Positions 9,140-19,075 are shown, counted from the stretch's first letter. The stretch is DNA of 64,000 nt from an uncultured Verrucomicrobiae bacterium (GCA_963762565.1 CAVXLD010000005.1:96001-160000), one strand, 5' to 3'. Numbers and translations are program-made. Notes: generated by a model from the sequence alone, not told the origin.

Positions 9140-9484
9140 AGGCGGGGGATTTCAGGGTGAGAGGTGATTGGTGAGAGGTGACTGGTGATCGGACTTAAGA
9201 GGTGCAAAGCACTTTAAAAGGTACGGCAATTCGGCACAGGCGCGCACTACCCAGTACTCCATCACTCCGCGCTGCGGGGTTCGAGGACAGCTTGTCTGCC
9301 GTAGCCCACGCTCTACGTTGCCGACCGCTCGAAGTCGGCCTCGCAAGCGAGGCGCGCTCCACAACCAGGACGTTGGCGAAGGCGGAAGGACGACGACGAG
9401 GACGAGAACGAAGCCCCTTGTGAGCGCCGGGCTTCCATTTGACAATCCGCATTTTGAAGGTTACGGCTGCCGATTCTTTCGCTA

Positions 9485-10075
9485 GTGAGAGGCTACCTGT
9501 TGTTCTTCTTGATGTTGTTGGTTGCGGCGGACATCAAAGCGCGTCCTGCCGTTGTGGTGATTGATCCGGGACACGGCGGATTCGATCGAGGTGGTATGCC
9601 TGGTCAGTTTCTCCCGGAAAAGCCCTACACTCTTGATGTCGCCATACGATTGGCGCGGATACTCAGAGCGGACGGGGGAATCAAAGTCGTTCTTACCCGG
9701 AACGCTGACTATTATGTTTCCTTGCCCGAGCGAACCAGCATCGCGAATGCCTACGCCGGTTACAACGCCGTCTTCGTGTCGATCCATTTCAATGGTGCCT
9801 GGCGTAAAGGCGCGTATGGAATCGAGACCTATTATTATAACTCACGGGCGTATCGGCTGGCGGCGTTAATCCATCCCCGCGTGATTCAGGCGCTGGGCAG
9901 CATTGATCGCCGGATCCGGCGCCGCGGTTATTTTGTTCTACGTCGGAACCGATTGCCGGCCGTGTTGGTCGAATGTGGTTTTCTAACTAATCCGGCAGAA
10001 GCAGCCCGCATCGTGACGCCCGCCGCCCGTGAAAATATTGCCAGCGCAATCGCCGCCGGGATCGAGAGGTACTGA
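9485..10075 (+). CDS. N-acetylmuramoyl-L-alanine amidase (Amidase_3)
   Basis: VVIDPGHGG.D.G, EK, VVLTR, FVSIHFN, PAVLVECGFLTN. Confidence 0.93.
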   Translation: MRGYLLFFLMLLVAADIKARPAVVVIDPGHGGFDRGGMPGQFLPEKPYTLDVAIRLARILRADGGIKVVLTRNADYYVSLPERTSIANAYAGYNAVFVSIHFNGAWRKGAYGIETYYYNSRAYRLAALIHPRVIQALGSIDRRIRRRGYFVLRRNRLPAVLVECGFLTNPAEAARIVTPAARENIASAIAAGIERY

Positions 10076-10186
10076 CGGTGTTCGAGCTGCGAGTCACTTG
10101 GAGGAAATACGCGGCAGCCGAAAAGGAAAGCTTCATCAATTTAGGCCTTCAAAGTCTCCGCTGGGTCCGATAAGGTTCGTAGCTCG

Positions 10187-11704
10187 TTGCCCCAAACTGA
10201 CATCCTGGTTATCGGCGCCGGCCCTTCCGGTCTGTTCGTGGCCAGCGAACTCGCCCGCCACGGCATAGAGGTGCGGCTGGTCGAGAAGGACGTGCAACGG
10301 CACAGACAGGCTCGCGCCACAGCGATCCAACCTGGCACCCTTGAGATCTTGGATTCCGTCGATCTGCTTTCGCCGTTCCTTGAGGCGGCCGAGCACGTCC
10401 GGTGCACTCGCTTGTACAGGACGGACCTGTCCGAGATTGACAACGCGACCTTCGAGGGCATCGACTGCCGCTGTGGATTTCTGTGCAGCCTCCCTCAGTA
10501 CGAGACCGAGCGAATCCTGGAGGCCCACCTCAAGTCGCTCGGCGGCACGGTCGAGCGCGGGGTCACGGTGACAAAGTTGGACTTGGACGGCGACGGCGTC
10601 TTGGCCGAGCTCGTGCACGGGGAGGGCGCCATCGAGACGGTCCACGCCGGTGTCGTCATCGGAGCGGGCGGGGCGCACAGCGTCACTCGCGACTCGATGG
10701 ATCTATCGCTTGAGGGCGGTACCTATCAGGGCCATTTCCTCGTCGCCGACATCGCTATGCAGACATCCTTGCCACGCGACGAGACCAGTTTCTTCTTCGG
10801 TCCAGCTGGCTTGCTGCTGCTTGCGCCGCTTCCGGGCGGGCGGTGGCTTAGTTTTCAAGATTTGGAAGAGGCGGTCGAGACTGTATCCGCTGAGGAGGTT
10901 GTCGCCCGGATCGAGCGACGACTCGGCGGGAGGTGGCGACCTGCGGACGTCGCCTGGTTCTCGCCGTTTCGGATGCATCGGCGGATCGTATCGCGCCTGA
11001 CAGACGGCAGGCGTTTTCTAATCGGCGACGCGGCGCACCTCTCGAGTCCATTTGGTGGCGAAGGACTCAATTCGGGACTGCATGACGGCTACGACCTGGC
11101 CTGGAAGCTTGCGCTGGTCTTGCGCGGCCACGCGCGCCGGTGGTTGCTAGACGACTACGCGCTGGAGCGGAGGATCGCGGACCGCCACGTCCTGGAGGTT
11201 TCGGACGAGGTCCACCGCGCAGTCGTGGGCATCGCGGACGCCGTCCGGCAGGGCCGTGAAGTGCCCGCCGAAAAGGTCGACCCGGTCGCGGCGGCGCTGC
11301 AGCGCAACGCGCGCGCCATGATCGACGTCGACTACACTGGGAGCCCGCTCGTTATCGATTACGTGCCAGATGGAACCGGCGTGGCGGAACCGCATCCCGG
11401 GCAGCGTTATCCGGACTGGACGCGTTTCGGCGGGACTTCCCACCGCGTGCTTGTTTTTGGGCCCGTCACGGACGCCGAGCGGCTTGCACGGCTGGGCCGC
11501 CGGTGGGACAAACGCGTGGAGATCTCGCACAATCCCGATGTCAATCCCGTCCGCGCTGGCGTTGGAACGGGCGGCGTGGTCCTGATCCGTCCCGACGGCC
11601 ACATTGGCTTCCGGTTCCCCTCCGTCGACGCGGAAGCGATCGCCGCACTCGATCGCCATCTCGCCTCGTATCTGATTCCGGACCCTTCCATCGGTCCGGT
11701 TTAG
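10187..11704 (+). CDS. FAD-dependent monooxygenase (aromatic hydroxylase type)
   Basis: GAGPSG Rossmann motif, GDAAHLSSPFGGEGLNSGLHD, LIRPDGHIG. Confidence 0.92.
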   Translation: MPQTDILVIGAGPSGLFVASELARHGIEVRLVEKDVQRHRQARATAIQPGTLEILDSVDLLSPFLEAAEHVRCTRLYRTDLSEIDNATFEGIDCRCGFLCSLPQYETERILEAHLKSLGGTVERGVTVTKLDLDGDGVLAELVHGEGAIETVHAGVVIGAGGAHSVTRDSMDLSLEGGTYQGHFLVADIAMQTSLPRDETSFFFGPAGLLLLAPLPGGRWLSFQDLEEAVETVSAEEVVARIERRLGGRWRPADVAWFSPFRMHRRIVSRLTDGRRFLIGDAAHLSSPFGGEGLNSGLHDGYDLAWKLALVLRGHARRWLLDDYALERRIADRHVLEVSDEVHRAVVGIADAVRQGREVPAEKVDPVAAALQRNARAMIDVDYTGSPLVIDYVPDGTGVAEPHPGQRYPDWTRFGGTSHRVLVFGPVTDAERLARLGRRWDKRVEISHNPDVNPVRAGVGTGGVVLIRPDGHIGFRFPSVDAEAIAALDRHLASYLIPDPSIGPV

Positions 11705-11757
11705 GGCAAGAAGGACGCCGCCGAGAATTAGACCGAACGCCGAGAAGGCGCATTCCA

Positions 11758-11825
11758 GCCCCAAAAGTTTGACATTTGTACATCACGGCCCCGAAAGCTT
11801 GACATTTGTACATCATAGATGTACA
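11758..11825 (+). promoter_or_regulatory. putative GntR/YtrA operator-promoter: 30-bp tandem duplication with TTGACA and palindrome TGTACAT-N5-ATGTACA
   Basis: gccccaaaagtttgacatttgtacatcacg gccccgaaagcttgacatttgtacatcata gatgtaca, just upstream of the GntR gene. Confidence 0.7.
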
Positions 11826-11848
11826 AACTCCATAACCTTACGTCGCCC

Positions 11849-12238
11849 ATGCTACGGATCGATTTAGCATCCCGGGTTTCGGTTTATGAGCAGATCGCCA
11901 ACGGTCTCAGGGCAGAGCTGGTGGCGGGAACATTCAGTCCCGGCGAGAAGCTCCCAACAGTCCGGACCCTGGCCATCAATCTGGGGGTTCATCACAACAC
12001 GGTAGCGGAAGCGTATCGCCAGCTGGCGAACGAAGGTTGGTTGGAATTGAAACGGCACCACGGGGCAATCGTCCGTGAACGTGATCAGCCTGCAGCCGGA
12101 CCCGATACGATGGAGCGGTTTACGCGGCCGTTACGAGAGCTGATTGCGAAGGGGTTGGCGGATGGACTGTCACCGAGTTCGCTTGCCAGAGAGATGATCG
12201 ACACCGCTCGTCGGCTGGAAGGAGAAACATCATTATGA
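11849..12238 (+). CDS. GntR family regulator (YtrA-like, short C-terminus)
   Basis: VYEQI..GLR..LVAG...PGEKLPTVRTLA..LGVHHNTVAEAYRQL..EG. Confidence 0.92.
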   Translation: MLRIDLASRVSVYEQIANGLRAELVAGTFSPGEKLPTVRTLAINLGVHHNTVAEAYRQLANEGWLELKRHHGAIVRERDQPAAGPDTMERFTRPLRELIAKGLADGLSPSSLAREMIDTARRLEGETSL

Positions 12239-13293
12239 ACCACCAATTGCTCGGCATTAATCTTATCGTTGCTGCCACGATGGGCGGTATCGCCATTCTG
12301 CATCTTGTCATTCTTTGGTTCATGCCGCGCCTAACCCGGCCTGATCTTTACTTTGCGGTTACGGTTCCCTCTGGATTTCGGGATGCACCCTCGGGCAAAT
12401 CCATTCTCCGGCGCTACCGGACTCAGCTGTTCCTTATTTCCTTGCTTGCCCTCTTGATATTCGCTGCCGGTGTTGCCTGGGTTGGTGTCCGCTTTGTTAG
12501 CCTGGGTCTCGTTATTCAGGTCTTCGCCGGATTCACCGCCTTTTACCTGGCGAGGAAACGCACCTTGCCGTACGCGGTGTCGCCCACCGCGGTCCGCGAG
12601 ACGGAGCTACGAGAGCATGAGCGGGTTATTCCTGGCGGCTGGATCGCAGCCCTGGGACCGTTCGTTCTGTTGGCTATCTGCGCCGCCTATCTTTGGTTTC
12701 ATGGGGCAGAACCGCAGTCAAAACCCGGTTCAACGGTATATCTGCTCGCCATGTCCGGGGTCCTAGTTGTACTGAACCTGTTTCTTTACGGCTTAGCTCG
12801 TTGGGTACGACCGCTGTATGCCGGTGGAGCTGAGCATGCTCGCGAATTGAAGTTTCGCCGGACGGTTTCAGTCATTGTCCTCGCAGCGGAATACTACATC
12901 GTCTTACAGGCTTCATGGGTTCTGTTCATTCCGCGTCATCAGCCTCTGATGGCAGTTGCCACGGTACCGTTAGCGTTAATTTTTGCTCTCATTGTGGTGG
13001 TGGTACTTGCGCGTCTAGGTCAAGGCGGCAGCCGCGCACTCGCGGCAGGCCAGAACTCGCTCGGCTCTGCGGTGCCGGTCGGAGACCGAACGCCGGATCA
13101 TTACTGGAAGCTGGGTGTCTTTTACTTCAATCCAGACGATTCAGCCATTTTCGTCGAGAAACGGTTCGGTCTCGGATACAGCATGAACTTTGCCCGGCCA
13201 ATGTCCTGGATCATCGTGGCATTGTTGTTGATGGCGCCGTTGATCCCGATTTTGGCACATGTTACCGGGTTTTTGCCGAAGGTTCGGGGATAG
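12235..13293 (+). CDS. membrane protein with C-terminal DUF5808-like motif
   Basis: Multiple TM helices; WKLGVFYFNPDDSAIFVEKRFGLGYSMNFA; overlaps the GntR stop. Confidence 0.82.
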   Translation: MNHQLLGINLIVAATMGGIAILHLVILWFMPRLTRPDLYFAVTVPSGFRDAPSGKSILRRYRTQLFLISLLALLIFAAGVAWVGVRFVSLGLVIQVFAGFTAFYLARKRTLPYAVSPTAVRETELREHERVIPGGWIAALGPFVLLAICAAYLWFHGAEPQSKPGSTVYLLAMSGVLVVLNLFLYGLARWVRPLYAGGAEHARELKFRRTVSVIVLAAEYYIVLQASWVLFIPRHQPLMAVATVPLALIFALIVVVVLARLGQGGSRALAAGQNSLGSAVPVGDRTPDHYWKLGVFYFNPDDSAIFVEKRFGLGYSMNFARPMSWIIVALLLMAPLIPILAHVTGFLPKVRG

Positions 13294-13389
13294 CGCTTCG
13301 CGCATAGCCGAGCGAAGCGCATGACAGATTACAAATGACAGATGACAGATCGGATCTGGGCGAGGCAGGGCGAGCAATCGTTCTCGGGG

Positions 13390-13477
13390 CGCCGAACGCC
13401 GAACGCCGAACGCCGAACGCCGAACGCCGAACGCCAAACGCCAAACGCCAAACGCCAAACGCCAAACGCCAAACGCC
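13390..13477. repeat. heptamer array (CGCCGAA)6(CGCCAAA)6 within composite cassette 13294-13555
   Basis: Counted directly. Confidence 0.95.
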
Positions 13478-13640
13478 CCATCCATCTGCGTAAATCTGCG
13501 TTCATCTCACCCCGGAGAATTTCGGGGCTGCGGTTGGTATTTTCTTCGCGTCGATTCGCGTCCATTCGCGGTTGGCCTAGAATTTGTTGATTTTTGGCCA
13601 GGTCGGGGAACCTATTGTGGGCTAAGGCAGATTCTTGAGC

Positions 13641-15179
13641 ATGACGTTTTACAGCATTTTGTTTCCTGGAGCAGAAGATCCCCAGGCTAGAGAGAGCGCT
13701 GAAGCACCCGAGTTCTTCAAAGACATGAACCTGATCCAAGTGATCGATGCGATCACAGTGGGGAAGGATCTCTATAATCTGAAGCCTCTGTTTTACACCT
13801 ACATGCCCGATATCGATGTCATCGCGTATCGGCACGAAGTGCTTCACGATCTCGAGGACGAGGTGCTGCTCAAGAACCTCAAATCCTTCGCGCAGGAGAT
13901 GATTAGAATGCGCGACTATCTTGCGCAGGCGAGCAAAGTCACTGATGACCGGCAGAAACAACGCTGGTTTTTGGACGCGGTGGGAATTTTTTGCGCCGGC
14001 ATCGACCAGCTTGCCCGCGACCTCAGTTTAGCCAAACTCAAGTCGACCGCGTTAGCGGCATTCCGCGATTATTTGTCGGCCTACGTTGCGTCCAATTCGT
14101 TCAAGACGCTCGATACGGAAACCCGCAAATTGCAAACGGATTTGGACTCGATCCGGTATTCCACGCTCATCCTGGGTTCCGGGACGTTCAAAGTGACGAA
14201 GTATAGAGAGGGCCTGGATTACAGCGCCGAAGTCGAACGGACCTTTAAGAAATTCGAAGAAGGAGCCGCCAAAGAATACAAATATCACTTCCCGAGCTTA
14301 CCCCATCTGAACGTGGTCGAGGCCAAAGTGCTCGAGTTCGTCACCCAGCTCTATCCGGAGATCTTTGAAAATCTAGCCAGTTATTGTTCCCGATACGCGA
14401 ATTATGAGGAGAAACCGATTCAGATTTTTGAGCGCGAGATCCAGTTCTACATCTCCTATCTCGACTATATCGAAACATTAAGGCAGGCCGGCTTGAAATT
14501 TTGTTATCCTGAAATCACCACTGATTCCAAAGAGATCCGCAGCGACGGCGGATTCGATATAGCGTTGGCTTCCAGGCTGGTAGCGGAAGGGCATACGGTG
14601 GTTAGCAACGATTTTCATTTCAAAGATCCAGAGCGCATTTTCTTGGTGACGGGTCCGAACCAGGGTGGAAAAACCACCTTCTCCCGTGAATTCGGTCAGC
14701 TGCATTATTTAGCTGGTATCGGTTGCGTCGTGCCGGGACGAGCAGCCCGAGTGCACTTGTTCGACTACATCATGACTCACTATGAACGGGACGAGTACAT
14801 GACCAATCTGCAGGGCAAGCTCCAGGACGATGTGATCCGCATTCATGAAATTTTGGAACGAGCGACGCCGAACAGCATCATCATTCTGAACGAGATATTT
14901 AGTTCGACTGCGCTGCAGGATGCATTGTTTCTGAGCAAACGGGTGATGGAAAAGATCCGCGAGCTGGACGCGCTGTGTGTTTGGGTAACTTTTGTGGACG
15001 AATTAGCGTCATACTCCGAAAAGGTGGTGAGTATGGTCAGCACAGTGGTTCCGGACAACCCGGCGATACGCACCTATAAAGTGTTCCGCAAACCCGCCGA
15101 AGGGGTTGCCTACGCGTTGACGATCGCCGAGAAGTACGGGCTTACCTACGATCGGGTAAAGGATCGCATCAGTTTATGA
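13641..15179 (+). CDS. MutS-related ATPase (domain V), MutS4A-like
   Basis: TGPNQGGKTTF Walker A; IIILNEIFSST; YALTIAEKYGL; no mismatch-binding domain evident. Confidence 0.85.
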   Translation: MTFYSILFPGAEDPQARESAEAPEFFKDMNLIQVIDAITVGKDLYNLKPLFYTYMPDIDVIAYRHEVLHDLEDEVLLKNLKSFAQEMIRMRDYLAQASKVTDDRQKQRWFLDAVGIFCAGIDQLARDLSLAKLKSTALAAFRDYLSAYVASNSFKTLDTETRKLQTDLDSIRYSTLILGSGTFKVTKYREGLDYSAEVERTFKKFEEGAAKEYKYHFPSLPHLNVVEAKVLEFVTQLYPEIFENLASYCSRYANYEEKPIQIFEREIQFYISYLDYIETLRQAGLKFCYPEITTDSKEIRSDGGFDIALASRLVAEGHTVVSNDFHFKDPERIFLVTGPNQGGKTTFSREFGQLHYLAGIGCVVPGRAARVHLFDYIMTHYERDEYMTNLQGKLQDDVIRIHEILERATPNSIIILNEIFSSTALQDALFLSKRVMEKIRELDALCVWVTFVDELASYSEKVVSMVSTVVPDNPAIRTYKVFRKPAEGVAYALTIAEKYGLTYDRVKDRISL

Positions 15180-16723
15180 AGGTTTGTCTTCTGCATCCGG
15201 AAAACAATTTTGTGTCGCCGCCCTTACCCTGGAATGAGCGAGCGTTAGCTCAGGACCTGGGACTAGACGCCGTGTTCGGGGTTATGGCGCATCGGGATAA
15301 ATTCCTTTTCGGGGCGATTCGGGATATCGTGCTGGCGAGTCTCACCACGAATGTCGACACCATTCTCTACCGGCAAAGCGTGCTCCAAGATTGTTTGAAA
15401 CATCCGACCGTAGTCCGGGACCTTTACGCCATCGCTGTGAAAGGCGTGGAATGTGAAAACAAAGGGTATTGGGCTTTCTTCGGCAAATATCCCACCGGTC
15501 TCCTCAACCGCTCACTCGAGCTCATCAACATGTTAGTGGATGTACTGAGGAAACTGAGGCACCTGGCGGAAAAACAAACAGAGGGGTTCGACTCTGAGGG
15601 TTTCCGTAATTTGTTCGCCCGGCTTCGCCGGGAGCTGACAGACGAATATCTGCATGATGTCCAGGTCCATCTCAAAGACCTGAGATTTATCGATGGCACT
15701 TTGATTACCGCCAGGTTAGGCGAGGGTAATCGGGGAGCCAATTACGTCCTTCAGAAGTCCCCCGTTAAACGGTCCCGGCTCCAGAGGTTATTCGGCATCG
15801 ACAAACAGTCTGGATTTACCTTCCGGTTGCATCCTCGGGATCAACGCGGTGCTAAAGCATTAGGCGAATATAACGAAAAAGGGATTACCCAAACCGCGAC
15901 TGTCCTCGGTCAATCCGCTGATTATATTCTCAGCTTCTTTAGAACGCTGCGGACCGAACTAGCTTTCTATGTAGGTTGTTTGAACCTGCATCAGGCGTTG
16001 TCAGAAAAGAAAGAGCCGGTTTGTTTCCCGGTGCCGGTCAACGGGGAGGAGCGCCAACATACATTTACCGAATTATATGATGTCGGACTTGCTCTGACTA
16101 TCCGGCCGAAGGTAGTGGGAAACGATTTCCAGGCCCAGGGGAAAGAGCTGGTGATTATTACTGGAGCCAATCAGGGAGGTAAATCCACGTTTTTGCGCAG
16201 TATTGGTCTAGCGCAACTCATGATGCAATCTGGGATGTTTGTGGGAGCGACGTCATTTACTGCTAACATCTGTCCGAACTTATTAACGCATTACCGGCGG
16301 GAAGAGGATGAGACCATGCGGAGCGGTAAATTCGATGAAGAGCTCCAAAGGATGAGTGAGATCGTCGATCATTTGGCGCCTAATTCGCTATTGTTATTCA
16401 ACGAGTCGTTCGCCGCCACCAATGAACGCGAAGGTTCAGAGATTGCTCGCCAGATCGTCAGCGCGCTAGTGGAGCGGCGGATGAAGATCTTTTTTGTATC
16501 TCACCAATATACGTTTACCTCTGGATTCCACGGCCGAGAATGGGACAACGTGACGTTCTTACGAGCGGAAAGAAAAGAGGACGGCACTCGGACCTTTAGG
16601 CTGGCCCAGGCAGAACCTCTGCGCACGAGTTACGGTGAAGATCTCTACAATCGAATCTTCGAAGTTAAACCTGCTCCAGAAGGAACGAAGGAAGCGAGCG
16701 ATTCGGCGTTAGTGAGACGGTGA
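15176..16723 (+). CDS. MutS-related ATPase (domain V), MutS4B-like
   Basis: TGANQGGKSTFLRSIGLAQLMMQSG; LFNESFAATNEREGSEI; ATGA overlap with the upstream paralogue. Confidence 0.85.
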   Translation: MKVCLLHPENNFVSPPLPWNERALAQDLGLDAVFGVMAHRDKFLFGAIRDIVLASLTTNVDTILYRQSVLQDCLKHPTVVRDLYAIAVKGVECENKGYWAFFGKYPTGLLNRSLELINMLVDVLRKLRHLAEKQTEGFDSEGFRNLFARLRRELTDEYLHDVQVHLKDLRFIDGTLITARLGEGNRGANYVLQKSPVKRSRLQRLFGIDKQSGFTFRLHPRDQRGAKALGEYNEKGITQTATVLGQSADYILSFFRTLRTELAFYVGCLNLHQALSEKKEPVCFPVPVNGEERQHTFTELYDVGLALTIRPKVVGNDFQAQGKELVIITGANQGGKSTFLRSIGLAQLMMQSGMFVGATSFTANICPNLLTHYRREEDETMRSGKFDEELQRMSEIVDHLAPNSLLLFNESFAATNEREGSEIARQIVSALVERRMKIFFVSHQYTFTSGFHGREWDNVTFLRAERKEDGTRTFRLAQAEPLRTSYGEDLYNRIFEVKPAPEGTKEASDSALVRR

Positions 16724-16729
16724 CGGCGA

Positions 16730-16895
16730 GGCGGCGTGTGGGCGTTTGGGCGTAAGTGGACGGAGTGGACTAAGTAGACCCAGTGGACACGGCCGACCCC
16801 AGGGGCGCCGCAGGTAAGAACCTCCACTACGTCTACTCAGTCCACTAGGTCCACTTCGTCCACTTTCGCCGATACGCCGGAACGCCCATACGCCG
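16730..16895. repeat. nested cassette: GGGCGT-type 8-mers enclosing inverted AGTGGACnn 9-mer arrays
   Basis: gtggacggagtggactaagtagacccagtggac ... tccactacgtctactcagtccactaggtccacttcgtccact. Confidence 0.8.
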
Positions 16896-17038
16896 AATCG
16901 GACCGCCGTCGGGCGGTTCCGAGCCGCATGAATAAAAGACCCTTGCGCTCCGTCTCTAGCTCGGCAACGGTTTGAGCCGAAGCTCAGGACTGCGTCTGCG
17001 GTCTCTGAGCTTTGCTTTAACTAATAGGACATAAGTAC

Positions 17039-17665
17039 ATGAACAGGACTGTTAAAACCAAAACCCTCATTGTGTCGGCCGTCGTCGCGTTTCTTGGACA
17101 GACCGCGATCTCGTTAGCCGGACCAACAGAAACCAGCTCGAAAGAAGTGCTTCCACCGGCTGCTCCGCCTCCGACCTCGTTCTTCAGAGCTAACGAGTTA
17201 GATTTCGGGGTGTTTGCAAGCTATGACAAAGGAGTGGCCGATTTTGCCAATCAAGGGATCGGTGAACACGCCTGGGGTGGCGGTCTCGATGTCGCCTATT
17301 TCCCCTGGTTATATGCGGGATTCAGGTTCCAAGGGTCAGCTATTAATATCAGCCGCGCAGATCAAACCGCTGGCATCGTCGATTATGATGCGGTTCTGCG
17401 ATATCCGCTAGACTTAGTGGTGCCCAACTTTCACCTGGCGCCATATGCATTCGGTGGGGTAGGCGGGTTACTTGGTGGTTTGGATGGAAATAATCGGTCT
17501 GGTGACCAACGAACCGATAGTAAGGTTCTCGGCAATTTTGGTGGCGGTCTCGAGTACCGTTTCACACCGCATGTCGGGATCTTTTCTGAAGCCGCTTACA
17601 ACCTTATTGACGGCCCGCATAACAACGCGGTGCAGGTTAACTGGGGAGCACGCTTCGCGTTCTAA
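17039..17665 (+). CDS. small outer-membrane beta-barrel protein
   Basis: Signal peptide, GPTETSSKEV/Pro-rich leader, APYAFGGVG, GGGLEYRFTP, C-terminal aromatic (ARFAF). Confidence 0.85.
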   Translation: MNRTVKTKTLIVSAVVAFLGQTAISLAGPTETSSKEVLPPAAPPPTSFFRANELDFGVFASYDKGVADFANQGIGEHAWGGGLDVAYFPWLYAGFRFQGSAINISRADQTAGIVDYDAVLRYPLDLVVPNFHLAPYAFGGVGGLLGGLDGNNRSGDQRTDSKVLGNFGGGLEYRFTPHVGIFSEAAYNLIDGPHNNAVQVNWGARFAF

Positions 17666-17732
17666 CCGGCGAGAAAGCTAACAGACAGGTAGCTGCAGGG
17701 GGAGCCGCGAGCTGGGCTCTCCCTGGCAGTAA

Positions 17733-18082
17733 GGAGCTAGGAGCTAGGAGCTAGGAGAGGCGCCACGCCTCAATATTTGAATAGCCGCAAAACCTGTCGC
17801 GCCGAAGGCTTGGCGAAGGCGGAAAGGCGCAAAAGGCACAAAAAGAAAGCAAAACTCAACCGCAGCCCCGATATTCTCCGGGGTGAAATTAACGCAGATA
17901 AAATCTCAAGAGCAGCGTTTTGATTTTACGACTCTTTATCTGCGTCTCTCTGTGTTCATCTGCGGTTAAGCCTTTTTGTGCTTCGGTGGCTTTGTGTGAG
18001 GTTTTCTTTGCGTTCCTTGCGTTCTTTCGCGGCTAATTATTTGTCCCCCCTTTTGCGGCTTTTGCGGCTTTTCGCGGCTATT
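17733..18082. repeat. composite nested cassette (ggagcta, gccgcaaaa and cgcagat arrays plus inserted hairpins)
   Basis: atagccgcaaaa... inverted to ...ttttcgcggctat; aaccgcag...cgcagataaa inverted to tttatctgcg...ctgcggtt. Confidence 0.8.
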
Positions 18083-18114
18083 TATTTCGTCGGATCTTCG
18101 TGGGTCTGGAAAGA

Positions 18115-19062
18115 TTATAGGCTGGCCATAGACATACGAACGCCTTCCGCATACGACGTTTTGTTCAACGGGCCTAAGAGATTGGTAAGCGCGCCATCGT
18201 CTAAGAACAGCGGTTGAGTGAATAGATAGTGCATCTCAGCGACCTCTCTTAGAAGTGGATTGAACAAGCCTACGAGTTGCAACATGCGTTTCCCTGCGAC
18301 GAACTTCCGCAGTGATCTTCCGGTAATGGATTCAACCAACTTTACCATTTCAGCTAAAGTGATTTTACCGGCGCCCGCCAGATTCCAGGTGTGACCATAA
18401 GCTCGGTCTTCGTGGATCAAACGGAACAGGAGTCGGGCGGCATCCGGGATATAAACGTATTCGTGTGGCCTATTAAGCGGTCCGATCAACTGCGCTGTTT
18501 TGCCGCTAGTTGCAGCCTGAAACAGGCTGGAAAGGTAACTCCTTTCGACCTTGGGACCGTAAAAATCAGGTAAGCGCAGAATCGTGCCGCGGATTCGTCC
18601 CGCCGCATCAGCGGTGAGCAGAATATCTTCTTGTTCCTTACGCATTCGGCCTTTGAAGGTCTGCGGGTTCCGGGGATGATCCTCCCGGACTAGAGTTGTT
18701 TGAGCAAGTCCGAAGGGGTAGACCGTCCCGACCAGAGTACAACGCTCGACTCCCTTTTCGATCGCTGCGGTCAACACTTGTTCGAACAAAATCGGATGTA
18801 ACCGGAACTCGGTATAGGGCACTCCGACCAGATAAACGAGGGTTTGGATTCCCTCTAGGGCAGCACTGACCGTTTCGGGTTTTGCCGGGTCCCAGACGGC
18901 GAGATCGGCGTGTGGGCGAGCTGCGAATGCAGATCGGAGCTGGGTCAGGGAACGACCAACGACCCGAAAAGGTTGAGAACCGAAGAGAGGGGCTAACGCT
19001 TGTCCGAGGGTACCGGACCCGCCGAACAAGGCAATGGTGGGATAATTATGAGTTGCAGACAT
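18115..19062 (-). CDS. NAD-dependent epimerase/dehydratase (atypical SDR)
   Basis: GGSGTLG; GTVYPFG; P.TFKGRMR..QE; LRLPDFYGP. Confidence 0.88.
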   Translation of the reverse strand: MSATHNYPTIALFGGSGTLGQALAPLFGSQPFRVVGRSLTQLRSAFAARPHADLAVWDPAKPETVSAALEGIQTLVYLVGVPYTEFRLHPILFEQVLTAAIEKGVERCTLVGTVYPFGLAQTTLVREDHPRNPQTFKGRMRKEQEDILLTADAAGRIRGTILRLPDFYGPKVERSYLSSLFQAATSGKTAQLIGPLNRPHEYVYIPDAARLLFRLIHEDRAYGHTWNLAGAGKITLAEMVKLVESITGRSLRKFVAGKRMLQLVGLFNPLLREVAEMHYLFTQPLFLDDGALTNLLGPLNKTSYAEGVRMSMASL

Positions 19063-19075
19063 AAACAAGTAGATA

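Noticed and set aside
10136..11816. Many antisense and alternate-frame ORFs over the monooxygenase
   Set aside because: Expected shadow ORFs of a high-GC gene; no motifs.
13141..13590. Short ORFs such as AFGVRRSAFGVWRL / RRTPNAERRTPN
   Set aside because: Translations of a stop-free heptamer array; the same applies to similar ORFs at 487, 2874, 7952-8220, 9152-9452, 17978 and 63376.
16980..17012. Hairpin upstream of the outer-membrane protein gene as a riboswitch
   Set aside because: Simple stem-loop with no recognisable riboswitch consensus.
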